Source: Escherichia phage 132. Taken from it: DNA of 64,000 nucleotides. The DNA is taken from sequence record MZ417521; one strand, given 5' to 3'. The translations under genes were made by a program, and so were the position numbers. The notes under the pieces are model-generated. The model saw only the letters and a list, made by a program, of their open reading frames with translations. It ran no database searches and had not been told where the DNA came from. Shown piece after piece: positions 27,935 through 38,490 of the stretch (positions are counted from its first letter, which is position 1; each line of letters begins with the position of its first letter).

Positions 27935-28498
27935 TTACCATTCCAATGCTAGTTTTTTGAGTTGTTTCTGTTCTTTTACATTCTTAGTCACTTCTTTCAA
28001 AAAATCATCCGTGACTAAACCTTTTAGTTCTTTTAATACTAAAGGAAGTTTTCCATTTTTAGTAAGAATTGATTTATAGTTAATTGCATCATTTGTATTA
28101 ACTTGATACCGCTTAGCAAGTAACTTAATAATCAATACTTCGGTAGAATCTTCAACCAGTTTTGCCCATTTACCATATCTTTTACCCCGAGGAACAGCAG
28201 CCATCAGATAATTAAAATGGGCTTCATCGCTTAAACCTGATCCAATTAAATTCATAGCATATACAGCTGGCATGCACTCCGGAAATTGTGATAATGCATT
28301 CTCAACCATGTATTTTGAATAATCTTTTTGAGCAATAGAGCATTTAGTTTTATTATTGATAGCCCCAATTATTTCAAAAAACTCATTTTCAGCTTTTTCT
28401 TTAAAAGAATCAGCAGCAGATTGGACAGCTGTCCAATCTTTTGAATACCAAGCAACTTGATGCTCGTTTAATTGAATATCATCTTCAAATAAGCTCAT
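27935..28498 (-). CDS. 62: clamp loader small subunit gp62, 187 aa
   Basis: start set to ATG 28496-28498 ([22 protein letters not shown]...), matching recalled T4 gp62. Confidence 0.9.
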   Translation of the reverse strand: MSLFEDDIQLNEHQVAWYSKDWTAVQSAADSFKEKAENEFFEIIGAINNKTKCSIAQKDYSKYMVENALSQFPECMPAVYAMNLIGSGLSDEAHFNYLMAAVPRGKRYGKWAKLVEDSTEVLIIKLLAKRYQVNTNDAINYKSILTKNGKLPLVLKELKGLVTDDFLKEVTKNVKEQKQLKKLALEW

Positions 28499-28499
28499 A

Positions 28500-29459
28500 T
28501 CACTTCCACTGCATTTCACATGCCAATTGAATGAAAAGATATGCTAAATGTAATTCAGTATTAGCCGCAATTCCATGATACTGGTTATTTTCACCAACAA
28601 TTTCATACATACGAATAATACTTTGCGGAGTTACGCGTGTATAGATTTCTTCAGCAAGTTTACCAACGAACCACGAATAATCAGCCGCATATTTTGGTGC
28701 TAAAGCTCTGAGTTGTTTAACATCTTTATTTTTGAGAGACTCAAGAACATCATCAATAGCACCACGATCGTTAGTAACCAGTGATAAAATACCAGCATCC
28801 AAAACACCTTTAGATGAATAACTATCGAGCTCACCAATAGTTTTACGAAAATCAGGAAAATTCTTTTTAACCAAAGCTGCTACAACTTTCATATCAGCTA
28901 TAGCAATTCCTTCATGCTTACAGATTTCAGTCAATCGACGAATCATCTGCTTCATCATTTCAATTTTATCTTCATCGGTTGGTTGACCGAATGTAATAAC
29001 TCGACAGCGTGACTGAAGCGGTTTAATAATACCATCAATATTGTTAGCAGTAATAATAATACTACAGTTTGAACTATAAGCTTCCATAAAGGAACGAAGA
29101 TGTCGCTGAGACTCTGCTAACCCTGAACGGTCAAATTCATCAATAACGATTACTTTTTGACGACCATCAAATGAAGCTGCGCTAGCAAAATTAGTCAAAG
29201 GACCACGAACGAAATCAATTTTACAATCTGACCCATTCACAAACATCATATCAGCATTTACATCATGACACAATGCTTTTGCTACGGTTGTTTTACCTGT
29301 TCCTGGAGAAGGAGAATGAAGAATAATATGTGGAATCTTACCTTTACTTGTAATAGATTTAAAGGTTTCTTTATCAAAGGCGGGAAGAATACATTCATCG
29401 ATAGTAGATGGACGATATTTCTGTTCAAGAATGTGTTCTTTTTCATTTACAGTAATCAT
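28500..29459 (-). CDS. 44: clamp loader ATPase gp44 (AAA+), 319 aa
   Basis: Walker A GTGKTT; start set to ATG 29457-29459 ([17 protein letters not shown]...), matching recalled T4 gp44. Confidence 0.92.
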   Translation of the reverse strand: MITVNEKEHILEQKYRPSTIDECILPAFDKETFKSITSKGKIPHIILHSPSPGTGKTTVAKALCHDVNADMMFVNGSDCKIDFVRGPLTNFASAASFDGRQKVIVIDEFDRSGLAESQRHLRSFMEAYSSNCSIIITANNIDGIIKPLQSRCRVITFGQPTDEDKIEMMKQMIRRLTEICKHEGIAIADMKVVAALVKKNFPDFRKTIGELDSYSSKGVLDAGILSLVTNDRGAIDDVLESLKNKDVKQLRALAPKYAADYSWFVGKLAEEIYTRVTPQSIIRMYEIVGENNQYHGIAANTELHLAYLFIQLACEMQWK

Positions 29460-29491
29460 AATTTCCTCATTCAAGTTTTAGTGTAAATTAT

Positions 29492-29509
29492 AAAGGGCCG
29501 AAGCCCTTT
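29492..29509 (-). terminator. GC tetraloop hairpin between genes 45 and 44
   Basis: aaagggccgaagcccttt palindrome at 29492-29509. Confidence 0.35.
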
Positions 29510-29510
29510 A

Positions 29511-30197
29511 TTAAAAATCGTGGGTAGAATCAGCTTCAAGAGCTACTACATAATTCGCATGTTCACCTTCAAATTTAGCAGCGCCTTGTTTACCTTTTGC
29601 CCAGAGCAGAAGTTTATAATTTCCTGGTTGCATTTTCATATTTGCCATATTGATAATGAAATTAAATGTATTTTCACCATCATAATCATCAAGAGTCAAA
29701 GAATATTTAACACGGGTCAAAGCAGAATCTTCTACTTTATTAAAACCGTTAATTACGATTTTACCTTCTTTTACTGTGATAGCAATTGTATCAATCTGCA
29801 GACCACGAGATACACGCAATAGCTGTTGAAGGTCTTCAGCTTTAATTTCAGTAACAACAGATGCTACCGGAAATGGAATTGGTTTATTAGGAGCAACTAC
29901 TGTACTCGGATCGGCTGCTGGCCAAAAAATTGTTGAACGGGCATCAGCAATTTTAATATTTCCATCTTCTGACTGGGAAATTTCTGCATCATCATTAACT
30001 AGAGACAGAATACCGAGAAAACCGTTCAAATCGTAAATTGCTACATCAAAATCAATAACGTCAGAAATATTTGCTTCCGCATAAGTTGTACCATTAACTG
30101 CTCGAGTCATAATAAATTGACCGGATTTAAGCATAATACCAGAGTTAATAGTAGCGAAATTTTTCAGCAGAGCAGTAGTATCTTTAGACAGTTTCAT
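29511..30197 (-). CDS. 45: sliding clamp gp45, 228 aa
   Basis: same length as T4 gp45; position between rpbA and 44. Confidence 0.85.
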   Translation of the reverse strand: MKLSKDTTALLKNFATINSGIMLKSGQFIMTRAVNGTTYAEANISDVIDFDVAIYDLNGFLGILSLVNDDAEISQSEDGNIKIADARSTIFWPAADPSTVVAPNKPIPFPVASVVTEIKAEDLQQLLRVSRGLQIDTIAITVKEGKIVINGFNKVEDSALTRVKYSLTLDDYDGENTFNFIINMANMKMQPGNYKLLLWAKGKQGAAKFEGEHANYVVALEADSTHDF

Positions 30198-30252
30198 GTA
30201 ATTTCCTTCAATTCAAATGAGATTTAATTTTATAATTAATTTAATAAAGCAA

Positions 30253-30642
30253 TTAACGATTAAAATCAGCCGCAATTGTTTCAGCAACAATTTGAGCAGC
30301 AACAATTAGACGTTCATCTGCATTACCGCAATAATCATCTTCAAGGCGTTCACCACATGAAGTCATAATAAATTTAGCACCAGCATTTAGAGATTCTGCC
30401 GTATGTTTGCGCATCAGTTCAATCCATTTATCACTCACTTCACGATCGATAGCTTCATAATACGCATGACGAGCAGGTGCAGATTTAATTTTGTTCTGGA
30501 TAACTTCCATTGCGTTATCAGAAAGAGACAAAACCCATGCTCGACGAATTTTATTTTGGTTTTGTGGATTTGATTCAGAACGCACGTGTTTTGGCTGAAT
30601 ATCTTTTACATCAACAGTATAATTCACAGTAATTTTAGTCAT
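30253..30642 (-). CDS. rpbA: RNA polymerase-binding protein RpbA, 129 aa
   Basis: T4 RpbA length and position next to gene 45. Confidence 0.6.
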   Translation of the reverse strand: MTKITVNYTVDVKDIQPKHVRSESNPQNQNKIRRAWVLSLSDNAMEVIQNKIKSAPARHAYYEAIDREVSDKWIELMRKHTAESLNAGAKFIMTSCGERLEDDYCGNADERLIVAAQIVAETIAADFNR

Positions 30643-30651
30643 AATACACCT

Positions 30652-30840
30652 TTAGTCATAATAATCAGTAACAGTCCAAGCTTCATTTCTGTTGGACATT
30701 ATTTTCGTATATTCTGCTTTAAATGCATTCTTAAGCATAGATTCAGTAACTATATGCTCTTCATTAGAAAAATTATTTCTCAGAATATATCGTTTTATTT
30801 CAGGAATAGTTAATAGATGTTGTCCAGTTGAATATTCCAT
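30652..30840 (-). CDS. small hypothetical protein, 62 aa
   Basis: ATG preceded by GGAGG. Confidence 0.45.
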   Translation of the reverse strand: MEYSTGQHLLTIPEIKRYILRNNFSNEEHIVTESMLKNAFKAEYTKIMSNRNEAWTVTDYYD

Positions 30841-30853
30841 GTTTTTCCTCCAT

Positions 30854-30889
30854 AGAGATTATACTCTAATAAATTAAAGCATAATCTCT
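30854..30889. repeat. perfect 9-bp inverted repeat (agagattat / ataatctct) with an 18-nt spacer between gene 46 and the downstream small gene
   Basis: arms at 30854-30862 and 30881-30889, just upstream of the GGAGG RBS of the 62-aa gene. Confidence 0.5.
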
Positions 30890-30895
30890 TATAAA

Positions 30896-32578
30896 TTAAA
30901 CCATTACAGTAAATCGACCAACTTTCTTCATTTGAAGATGCTGACCATATGCTTGTGGGTCATGGTCTCTATGTGAAATAACAAAAACATTAGTATTTTT
31001 TAAACTATCTAAAATAGTTGAAATAGCTTTTACGCCTTCAACATCAGTTGCTGAATCAAAAACTTCATCAAGAATTAGTGTGTTTATTTTAACACCTGAA
31101 ACTTTTTCAGCAATATCGCGCCAAGTAAATAAAAGAGCAATATCAATTCGTGCTTTTTCACCTTGACTAAATGAAGCATAACTAAAATCTTCACGACCAC
31201 GGGATTTAATTGTCTCATTAAATTCTTCATCTAATGTAAACACATAATCCGCTTCCATTATTTTAAGATAATGGTTAATCTGCTTATTAAATAATGGAAT
31301 GTACTTTTTAATAATAGCACCTTTAATACCAGAATCTTTGAGCATATCAGTCAAAATTCCTCTGTGGTATTTTTCCATTACTAAATTAGTTTTTGTCTTA
31401 ACAATTTTATCAAGTTCTTCTTGAAGCAGTGCTATTTCATCAGCATGGTCAATAAACTCAGATGATGCTTTTTCTATAGCCGCTTTAACTTTTTTAGCTT
31501 TATCTACCGTCGTGATTAAGGATTGCTTTTTATTGCGAATATCATTTGCCAGCGTCTGCTGGGTTTTAATATTATCTCGGTATTCATCAACAAGAACTTT
31601 TAAATTATCACGATGTGTTGAAAGCTGTTCAAAAGAATGCGTGCATTCAGAAATTTTATCTTTAATTTTAGAAACAACTTTATCACCGGAACTTAATTGT
31701 GACAAACAGGTTGGACATAATCCACCTTCGTGATACATATTAATGACTTTATTATACGAGTCAATTTTTGATTTAATTAAAAATGCTTCTTGACCGATTT
31801 TATTAAATGCATCAGTCGGGTCTTCATCCAAAACAATATTAACTAATCTTTCATTAGCTTCTTCTATTTCCGATTTTAGCGTTCTAGCTTCTTTTGCCAA
31901 ATCATCGTACATATTCTGCAGACGAGTAAGGTTGTCACCAGACAATTTTTTCTGGCGTTCAACATTATCATTATATATTTTAATTTGCTGGATAATACTA
32001 TCTTTTTTAACATCAAGCACTTGGTTTTGTGAATTTAATTCACGTATTAGTGCTTTATTAAGCTTATCCATTTCAGCTAATGTTCCTACCTCGAGCAGGT
32101 CTTCGACGAGTTTTCTTCTTGCAGGAGTGGATAGGCCCATGAAAGGGGTATATCCAGCCGTGCCGAGTACGACGATCTGTTTGAAACTGGCGTATGACAT
32201 TCCGATAAGCTGTTCAAATTCTGCTTGGAAATCTTTACTGCTGGCAGATTCATTAAGACGTGTACCGTTAACGGTGATTTCGAAAACATTTGGTTTTTGT
32301 CCTCTTTTGATATAGTACTTTTTCTCATCATATTCCATCCACAGTTCAACTAAAAGCTCTTTCTTATTTGTGCTGTTTATTAATTGGCCTTTCTTTACAT
32401 CACGAAATGGCTTGCCAAAAAGCCCAAATGTGATGGCTTCTAACATAGTAGACTTACCACCACCATTTCGTCCAGTAATAAGAGTTTTTTGAACCTTATC
32501 TAATTGAATGTCAATAGGATTTCCACCTACTGACATTATATTTTGATATCTAACTCGGTTTAGTTTAAAATTCTTCAC
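30896..32578 (-). CDS. 46: recombination/repair nuclease subunit gp46 (Rad50/SbcC-like ATPase), 560 aa
   Basis: Walker A GRNGGGKST, central coiled coil, signature and D-loop near C-terminus; T4 gp46 length; GTG start with AGGAA upstream. Confidence 0.85.
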   Translation of the reverse strand: MKNFKLNRVRYQNIMSVGGNPIDIQLDKVQKTLITGRNGGGKSTMLEAITFGLFGKPFRDVKKGQLINSTNKKELLVELWMEYDEKKYYIKRGQKPNVFEITVNGTRLNESASSKDFQAEFEQLIGMSYASFKQIVVLGTAGYTPFMGLSTPARRKLVEDLLEVGTLAEMDKLNKALIRELNSQNQVLDVKKDSIIQQIKIYNDNVERQKKLSGDNLTRLQNMYDDLAKEARTLKSEIEEANERLVNIVLDEDPTDAFNKIGQEAFLIKSKIDSYNKVINMYHEGGLCPTCLSQLSSGDKVVSKIKDKISECTHSFEQLSTHRDNLKVLVDEYRDNIKTQQTLANDIRNKKQSLITTVDKAKKVKAAIEKASSEFIDHADEIALLQEELDKIVKTKTNLVMEKYHRGILTDMLKDSGIKGAIIKKYIPLFNKQINHYLKIMEADYVFTLDEEFNETIKSRGREDFSYASFSQGEKARIDIALLFTWRDIAEKVSGVKINTLILDEVFDSATDVEGVKAISTILDSLKNTNVFVISHRDHDPQAYGQHLQMKKVGRFTVMV

Positions 32579-32838
32579 AAAAGATTCCTTTTAATGTATC
32601 TTTTAGACCATTCTATCATATCATCATAATCTAAAAAGTATTCATCAAATTCAGCCATGCAAACAACACCTTGTGCTGCTTTTGATGTGATATAAATTAT
32701 TCCAACATATCTAGAATCTTCTTCGGTGTAATCAATATTTGCTATGAATTCATCGTTAATGTCAAATGTCGAAAACTTCACAGTATGCATCCTTAATACA
32801 AGATACAGCCATATCTTGTAATGATTTAGGTGTGTCAT
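32575..32838 (-). CDS. small hypothetical protein, 87 aa
   Basis: ATG ORF overlapping neighbours; start uncertain. Confidence 0.35.
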   Translation of the reverse strand: MTHLNHYKIWLYLVLRMHTVKFSTFDINDEFIANIDYTEEDSRYVGIIYITSKAAQGVVCMAEFDEYFLDYDDMIEWSKRYIKRNLL

Positions 32839-33025
32839 TATCTAAAATGTTGAAGTTAAAAGATACAGCCCAGTCAGTGCAGACCGTGACCTTTTTAATA
32901 CAATTATCTTCAACCTCTAACGGTTCAAACCAATATTCAATAATTTCTTTATGCCCAATATCATCTTTTACTTCACATTCAAAATGCTGACTCATCATAA
33001 CATTTTTAAATTCATCAAAAGTCAT
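32762..33025 (-). CDS. small hypothetical protein, 87 aa
   Basis: ATG ORF overlapping gene 47 stop by 4 nt. Confidence 0.4.
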   Translation of the reverse strand: MTFDEFKNVMMSQHFECEVKDDIGHKEIIEYWFEPLEVEDNCIKKVTVCTDWAVSFNFNILDNDTPKSLQDMAVSCIKDAYCEVFDI

Positions 33026-34041
33026 TGTGTTGCCTCTACATATAACTGATTTGCATATTGAATAAGTGCTTCACGGTCAGAATCAGTGATGTCTGGAATT
33101 GCATTAATGTATTCTTCCATCAATGTCTGAAGAGATTGAACTTCAACTTCTTCGCTATCATCTGACTCAACAGAGTTATCAATCTTTGACACAACTCGTA
33201 ATGAATGCACAACTTTTTCTAGTTCAGATTCGAACTTCGTTAGATTTTTGTCTACATCAGTTACTATAACACGTACTGATAGATTTGTAAAATCTTTATA
33301 GTCAATTTTTCCCTTAAATGGGTATTGAATTCGACGATGCCAGGTAGTGTTGTTTGGAATAAATTCCATTCGTTCTGTTTCTGTATCAAACATCCAGAAC
33401 CCACGAGGGTCATTCTCGTCACCTGCAGTTAATGTCCATGGTGTCCCAATATATCTGACGTTAGCAGCCTCAGAGATAGTATGGAAGTGACCAGACCACA
33501 CCTCTTTATAAGTCTTAAGGAAATCAGGTTCAAGACCGTGAGATTTCATTCCTTTATAAAAATAAAATCCATTCAGTTCCCAGTGACCAACACAAAAAGA
33601 AGCAGATGAAGTTTTGATATGTTCAAGAATTTCACCAGTATTTTCTTCACACATCCAAGGAATTAAATCAATCAAACATCCGTCAAAATCTACTGTAGTA
33701 GGCTTATCATATACTTTAACATTAGGATATTTAGCCAAAAGCTCAGTAGAAGCATTTGGAGTTAAAGTATTTTTAAAGTGCATATCATGGTTTCCTACAA
33801 CAGTATGTAGGGTAATACCAGCATCATCAAGCATTTGAACTATTTCACGGGCGAACTCCATAGTTTTATGTGTGATTGCTTTTCGCACATCAAAAATATC
33901 GCCATATTGAATCCATGTAGTAATTCCATTTTTCTTAGAATATTCTATCGCCTGCTTAATTCCATCCAACTGGATTGATTGAACCCACTCATCATCGGCT
34001 TTAACGCCTAAATGCCAATCACCTAAATTTAAAATTTTCAT
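33022..34041 (-). CDS. 47: recombination/repair nuclease subunit gp47 (Mre11/SbcD-like phosphoesterase), 339 aa
   Basis: calcineurin-like phosphoesterase motifs (GDWH, GNHD, GHWE/GHFH); T4 gp47 length. Confidence 0.88.
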   Translation of the reverse strand: MKILNLGDWHLGVKADDEWVQSIQLDGIKQAIEYSKKNGITTWIQYGDIFDVRKAITHKTMEFAREIVQMLDDAGITLHTVVGNHDMHFKNTLTPNASTELLAKYPNVKVYDKPTTVDFDGCLIDLIPWMCEENTGEILEHIKTSSASFCVGHWELNGFYFYKGMKSHGLEPDFLKTYKEVWSGHFHTISEAANVRYIGTPWTLTAGDENDPRGFWMFDTETERMEFIPNNTTWHRRIQYPFKGKIDYKDFTNLSVRVIVTDVDKNLTKFESELEKVVHSLRVVSKIDNSVESDDSEEVEVQSLQTLMEEYINAIPDITDSDREALIQYANQLYVEATQ

Positions 34042-34178
34042 ATATCAAGAACCGTCATTGAAATGCAAAATAAAATTATTGAAATAAATCCATCTGGAGT
34101 GCTAAAGAACCCAATCCAACATGCTCTAGTGAACAAATAAAATGCTAGAAAAAGTATCACATATCCAAGAAATATCAT
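34038..34178 (-). CDS. small hydrophobic membrane peptide, 46 aa; below the ORF-track cutoff
   Basis: ATG at 34176-34178; stop overlaps gene 47 start (ATGA-type coupling); product MIFLGYVILFLAFYLF...; hand-translated. Confidence 0.35.
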   Translation of the reverse strand: MIFLGYVILFLAFYLFTRACWIGFFSTPDGFISIILFCISMTVLDI

Positions 34179-34201
34179 TATATCAAACTCCGTATAAAGC
34201 T

Positions 34202-34219
34202 AAAGGGCCGAAGCCCTTT
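34202..34219 (-). terminator. GC tetraloop hairpin overlapping the alpha-gt stop codon
   Basis: aaagggccgaagcccttt at 34202-34219; same sequence as the hairpin at 29492. Confidence 0.35.
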
Positions 34220-35420
34220 ATTTTGTAATAATGTCAAACTGTTCTTTAAAGCAGAAGCTTGAATCTTGATGCTGATACAAAAATTCATAAGCTTTTTCAC
34301 GTTCACGGTCATAAAGAGCTCGGTCAGATGACAGTTCTTTAATACGTTCAAATGTTGATTCCATGTCATTTTCATCAAACCAAACGATACCGCTATCATG
34401 AGAAATTAATGGAGTATTATCAACACGGAATTTTAAATTTTCGCCCGTAGATTTCCAAAATACCGGAATTGTTCCACATGCACCAAGCTCGAGATGAGTG
34501 TATTCTAAAGAACGCTGTAGATATTTTTTGTCCAACTTACTCAGCTGATAACCAAATCCGGATTTACTCATGCGTTCAAGCATTTCGCTATTTACATAAC
34601 GGTCGAGAATTTGCGTTGGCAAATTAGGAGCAATTTTAATTTGGTCTACTTGATGAAGACGATAATACTCGTATGGAATTCCTTTTTCTTTAATAGGAAT
34701 GAACGCTGGAGAACGTTCCAGACCTTCCATAATAGTACTTAGTCCTGCAGGTTTAAGATGTTTTTCGTGAAAATCAAACATCTGATAAAAGCCTTTCCAT
34801 GTAGTAGTACGACCAATCCAACGGTTGATATTCATGTTAATTTCAGAAACATCTTTCCAGTAGGTTGATCGAACCTTCGCAATATCCATAGGAGGCTGGA
34901 AGTTATATACGGTCGGTGCTTCTTCAATATCATCAAACAGAGAAACTGTTTCTGGATACCATTCTTTCATTAAAACTTTATTAAAATCACCATTATCAGA
35001 ATGGCTAAAAATAACATCAGCTCGACGAACAGTTTCTTCTAATCCCAAATTTCGGCGTAAAGAAAGAGAAGAATGGTCATGCTGATAAACTACAACACGA
35101 ACCGAAGGTTTAATATTATCAATAATTTTTTTATAGTTATTAATTGTGTCTTCTTCAACTGAAGTAGCAGGAACTGAATTGATAATTAGAATATCACAAT
35201 CATTTACCAACTTAAGTGTTTTATCGTATTCTTTTGCCAATAAAACCGGAATTGAAAATGACTTATAATCATGTGCGCAATTACGAGTAAATGATTTATC
35301 TTTAGCATAAACCAAAGTTACTTCATGACCATTTTTAATAAACCAATCACGTTGCTCAAGAGAAAATTTAGTTACACCGCAACCTTCAAGACCTCGAGCC
35401 ATAAAAATACATACTTTCAT
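34218..35420 (-). CDS. a-gt: DNA alpha-glucosyltransferase, 400 aa
   Basis: 400 aa with close match to recalled T4 alpha-gt (..CIFMARGLEGCGVTKFSLEQRDWFIKNGHEVTLVYAKDKSFTR..). Confidence 0.8.
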   Translation of the reverse strand: MKVCIFMARGLEGCGVTKFSLEQRDWFIKNGHEVTLVYAKDKSFTRNCAHDYKSFSIPVLLAKEYDKTLKLVNDCDILIINSVPATSVEEDTINNYKKIIDNIKPSVRVVVYQHDHSSLSLRRNLGLEETVRRADVIFSHSDNGDFNKVLMKEWYPETVSLFDDIEEAPTVYNFQPPMDIAKVRSTYWKDVSEINMNINRWIGRTTTWKGFYQMFDFHEKHLKPAGLSTIMEGLERSPAFIPIKEKGIPYEYYRLHQVDQIKIAPNLPTQILDRYVNSEMLERMSKSGFGYQLSKLDKKYLQRSLEYTHLELGACGTIPVFWKSTGENLKFRVDNTPLISHDSGIVWFDENDMESTFERIKELSSDRALYDREREKAYEFLYQHQDSSFCFKEQFDIITK

Positions 35421-35470
35421 TTAATATCCTCATTGTTTTGGTTTATTTTACCAAAAATTTATAAAGCAAT

Positions 35471-35490
35471 ATAGGAGCCGAAGCTCCTAT
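35471..35490 (-). terminator. GC tetraloop hairpin (aggagc-CGAA/UUCG-gctcct)
   Basis: ataggagccgaagctcctat at 35471-35490 overlapping the stop of the 57-aa ORF. Confidence 0.35.
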
Positions 35491-35660
35491 CCGCATAATA
35501 CGCCATACAGAGGCTCATTAGAGCTTCTAAATTTTATACGCTTATATGTTATAGTTCCTTCTGCTTTAGCTTTATCATGAGACTCTTTAAAACGTCTCAT
35601 CATTTCTACTTTAGAGGAACGAATTTTATTATAATCTATTTCAGAAGTCTGGGTGTTCAT
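35487..35660 (-). CDS. small hypothetical protein, 57 aa; below the ORF-track cutoff
   Basis: ATG at 35658-35660; fills the gap upstream of alpha-gt; hand-translated. Confidence 0.3.
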   Translation of the reverse strand: MNTQTSEIDYNKIRSSKVEMMRRFKESHDKAKAEGTITYKRIKFRSSNEPLYGVLCG

Positions 35661-35663
35661 CTT

Positions 35664-35867
35664 TCACAGTTGCCACCATTTTTTGACTTGATAAGAATCA
35701 ACCCACACTTTCATATTAGGGTCTGCTCTTACAATAGGAGGATTAACTTCTTTGATTGAACTATCATGGTATTCTTTTTCAGAAATTTTCACGCAAAGAT
35801 GACCATTCAAAGATTCAGTAAATCCTGCATTAATTTTAAGACGCTTGAATTTTACGTGTGTAAGCAT
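35664..35867 (-). CDS. small hypothetical protein, about 67 aa
   Basis: track start is TTG; ATG at 35865-35867 preceded by GAGGA. Confidence 0.4.
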   Translation of the reverse strand: MLTHVKFKRLKINAGFTESLNGHLCVKISEKEYHDSSIKEVNPPIVRADPNMKVWVDSYQVKKWWQL

Positions 35868-36153
35868 CAATCATATCCTCAATCTGCGATCTAGTAGTCT
35901 TCCAAAGAATACTAATGAGTTCATCGTTATATGGCTGTTTTAGAATATCCCGACTTTTCTTGATAGCATATTCGTATTGAGCAAAATTATTGTTTTCAGC
36001 TGCAATCTGAGCGTGTTTATAAAGACGGTTCAGTTCGCGTTTATTTTTAGACAATAACTTATTTGCTTTTCTTTCTGCTTCAAGACGGTTCTTTTCTTCA
36101 ATAAAAGAAATAAGCTTTTCCACTTCATCATTAATTTCGGGTTTATCAGTCAT
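35836..36153 (-). CDS. hypothetical protein, 105 aa
   Basis: ATG ORF. Confidence 0.45.
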   Translation of the reverse strand: MTDKPEINDEVEKLISFIEEKNRLEAERKANKLLSKNKRELNRLYKHAQIAAENNNFAQYEYAIKKSRDILKQPYNDELISILWKTTRSQIEDMIDAYTRKIQAS

Positions 36154-36154
36154 A

Positions 36155-36373
36155 TTATTTCTCTAATATAAAATAAAAATCATCATCTGTTAAATGATAC
36201 CGATAGTTTAATTCTACACCATTAGATTTAAAAGCGGTATCATACGGATTTTCTGGATCAATATCAATGTCAAGAGCTAAAACTTCCCTGAGATACATTT
36301 TAAGTAAATAGGGAATAGCTTCAACTTCAGGTATTTCTTCCAAGAATCCGGAGAGGTTAATCGTTAGCCTCAT
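36155..36373 (-). CDS. small hypothetical protein, 72 aa
   Basis: ATG ORF overlapping gene 55 stop. Confidence 0.45.
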
Positions 36374-36914
36374 ATAAAAAATCCAAACTAGGAGAATCGT
36401 CTACAACACTTTTCTTTTCAGCCCCTGGTGTTCTATAGGTTGATTCTTCGTAATGCGTCATTTTATCGTAGATGTCTTGAATAAAAGTTTCATCTACTAA
36501 CGCAACCATATCGTCGTCACGACTGTCATAGACATTGTGAACGAAGTAACTATATTTCTTTGCAACTTCCTTACGTTCTTTTTTAATACGTTGGACGAAT
36601 GCATTAAAACAAGCTTGAGTTATATATGCATGTGGGTTTTTATATTTCGTTTCATCAAAATTATGAAGCCCCTTAATAGAAGCTTCTATACCATCTGCAA
36701 TCATTTCTTGTTTCCAAGATTGGGTGTATCCTGAAAAGTTGAAACGTTTAGATAAGCCTTCTGCAATAAGCATAATGGCTAATCCGATAGTATCATTCTG
36801 ACGAACTACTTTATTTGGGTCTTTATTATTTGCTAATTCTGTTTTCCAATCAATAATAGCTTGTAAAAGCTCTTTATTGTTTACGTAATTATATTTAGGC
36901 TTAGTTTCTGACAT
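36357..36914 (-). CDS. 55: late-transcription sigma factor gp55, 185 aa
   Basis: start set to ATG 36912-36914 ([23 protein letters not shown]...), matching recalled T4 gp55. Confidence 0.85.
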
Positions 36915-36992
36915 TTTCACCTCTTAGCTCAATTCATAGATCTATTATATCATAATATTTGAAGATCTATCTTAAAGCATAGAGGATATCAG

Positions 36993-37262
36993 TTATCTAA
37001 GTAAACAGTATGCTTGGAACACTTTCTCCATCATCTTTTTAAATTCATGAATATCTATATAATGACTAGTTAAATCAGCATGATATAAAAAGTCTAAAAA
37101 CTTTTCATGTGTGCTAACATATTCGCTTTCATTTAATTCAGAAACATGGCTTTCCCAATATCCAACACCAGTCTTATTTGGGAAAAATGAAATTTTCATA
37201 TATTGGTCAACATAGAAAATTCCATAATTTTCAATAGTAATAGAAATATTAATAAATTTCAT
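36993..37262 (-). CDS. small hypothetical protein, 89 aa
   Basis: ATG ORF. Confidence 0.4.
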   Translation of the reverse strand: MKFINISITIENYGIFYVDQYMKISFFPNKTGVGYWESHVSELNESEYVSTHEKFLDFLYHADLTSHYIDIHEFKKMMEKVFQAYCLLR

Positions 37263-37480
37263 ACATTCATCAACTTAGCCGCTTCAAGAGCTGCATCTAG
37301 TGAATCAAATTGGTCAACGTATTCAATCAATTCGCCATAATTAGCGTATAACCACCATTGGCTAAATTCATACTCAAGGATGAATCCGTTTCCTTCAATT
37401 TGAGTTAAACCAATGCCATTTGTATTTACTTCATATCCGGCAAGACGTAAATCGTTAATAAGAGCTTCGTTCATATTCAT
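37259..37480 (-). CDS. small hypothetical protein, 73 aa
   Basis: ATG ORF, 4-nt overlaps on both sides. Confidence 0.45.
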   Translation of the reverse strand: MNMNEALINDLRLAGYEVNTNGIGLTQIEGNGFILEYEFSQWWLYANYGELIEYVDQFDSLDAALEAAKLMNV

Positions 37481-37803
37481 ACCTTAGTAATTTTCAGGTC
37501 AGCAAATTTTTTCTTGCGTTGATTTTTCATACGACGAATAGTTTTATCAGAAATTTCATGCTTTTGATAAGCTTTAGATTCTACACCAAAAGCTTTAACG
37601 TCAAATTCAGACAAGATATATTGAACCAACAATTCACGGATAGTATTTCGTCCAATTTTCTGATCATTCTGTTTCATCGTCTGATGAAGCTCTTTTTCCC
37701 ATTTATCCAAAATTTGAGGAGTTACAATATCGCCTTTTTCTAGCAAAGAAACTACTTTATCATATGCATAAGAATTGATGGCGTTTTTAATTTGAATAGT
37801 CAT
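37477..37803 (-). CDS. hypothetical protein, 108 aa
   Basis: ATG ORF. Confidence 0.45.
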   Translation of the reverse strand: MTIQIKNAINSYAYDKVVSLLEKGDIVTPQILDKWEKELHQTMKQNDQKIGRNTIRELLVQYILSEFDVKAFGVESKAYQKHEISDKTIRRMKNQRKKKFADLKITKV

Positions 37804-37835
37804 ACATTATCCTCAATTACATTAAAATTTTATTA

Positions 37836-37857
37836 TCCAAAAAGGGCCGAAGCCCTT
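37836..37857 (-). terminator. terminator-like GC tetraloop hairpin followed by a U-rich tract on the transcript
   Basis: aagggccgaagccctt at 37842-37857 overlapping the stop of the 66-aa gene. Confidence 0.5.
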
Positions 37858-38056
37858 AGCTAAACTGTTTGGCACCCTTCCAGCCTTCATACATCATTGC
37901 GGCTGATATTAATATTGCCCCTGAACAGCTTGAATATTTGTGATTCCAAAACCAGTTCAGAAAAACTTCGTCATCAATACCTTGGGCTATCATATTTTCA
38001 AAGAACTGACGACGAGCTTCGGCAATTCGTTGTGATAATTTAGATTCAGGATTCAT
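37856..38056 (-). CDS. small hypothetical protein, 66 aa
   Basis: ATG ORF. Confidence 0.4.
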   Translation of the reverse strand: MNPESKLSQRIAEARRQFFENMIAQGIDDEVFLNWFWNHKYSSCSGAILISAAMMYEGWKGAKQFS

Positions 38057-38188
38057 TTAAATTTTCCAATTGCCATTTTCATCAATGAATTTAATCCAGT
38101 CATTTACTGACCACTTGGTCGTATCGCCTTTTGGAGCAACATTTAAAGTGTATAATCCTTGTTTAAAAAGCATACGTTTGATATTCAT
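38057..38188 (-). CDS. small hypothetical protein, about 43 aa
   Basis: track ORF trimmed to ATG 38186-38188 (GAGGA upstream) to avoid a long overlap. Confidence 0.3.
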   Translation of the reverse strand: MNIKRMLFKQGLYTLNVAPKGDTTKWSVNDWIKFIDENGNWKI

Positions 38189-38195
38189 ATTTTCC

Positions 38196-38490
38196 TCAGC
38201 TGTAACGATAGCACTCGTTTGATTTACGTTTAGCAACTCGTTGAGAAGTATTATAATCAAAATCGTCATCAATGTAAACTGATTTTTTCAACTTTCTTAC
38301 TTCACTACGCAATTGACGATTTAGCTCATCTTTAACTTCTGAATCAATGCCTTTCATTCTACGCCATTTATCAGAGCGAAAAATGTTTTCAACCATATCT
38401 TTATGACTTACACCATCAGGAGCTTTACGCTTTCCGAAATAGTCATAATCACGTACTTTTAAATCTTTACGACGATACGTTTTACCCATG
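38196..38490 (-). CDS. basic hypothetical protein, about 98 aa
   Basis: ATG at 38488-38490; lysine/arginine-rich. Confidence 0.4.
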
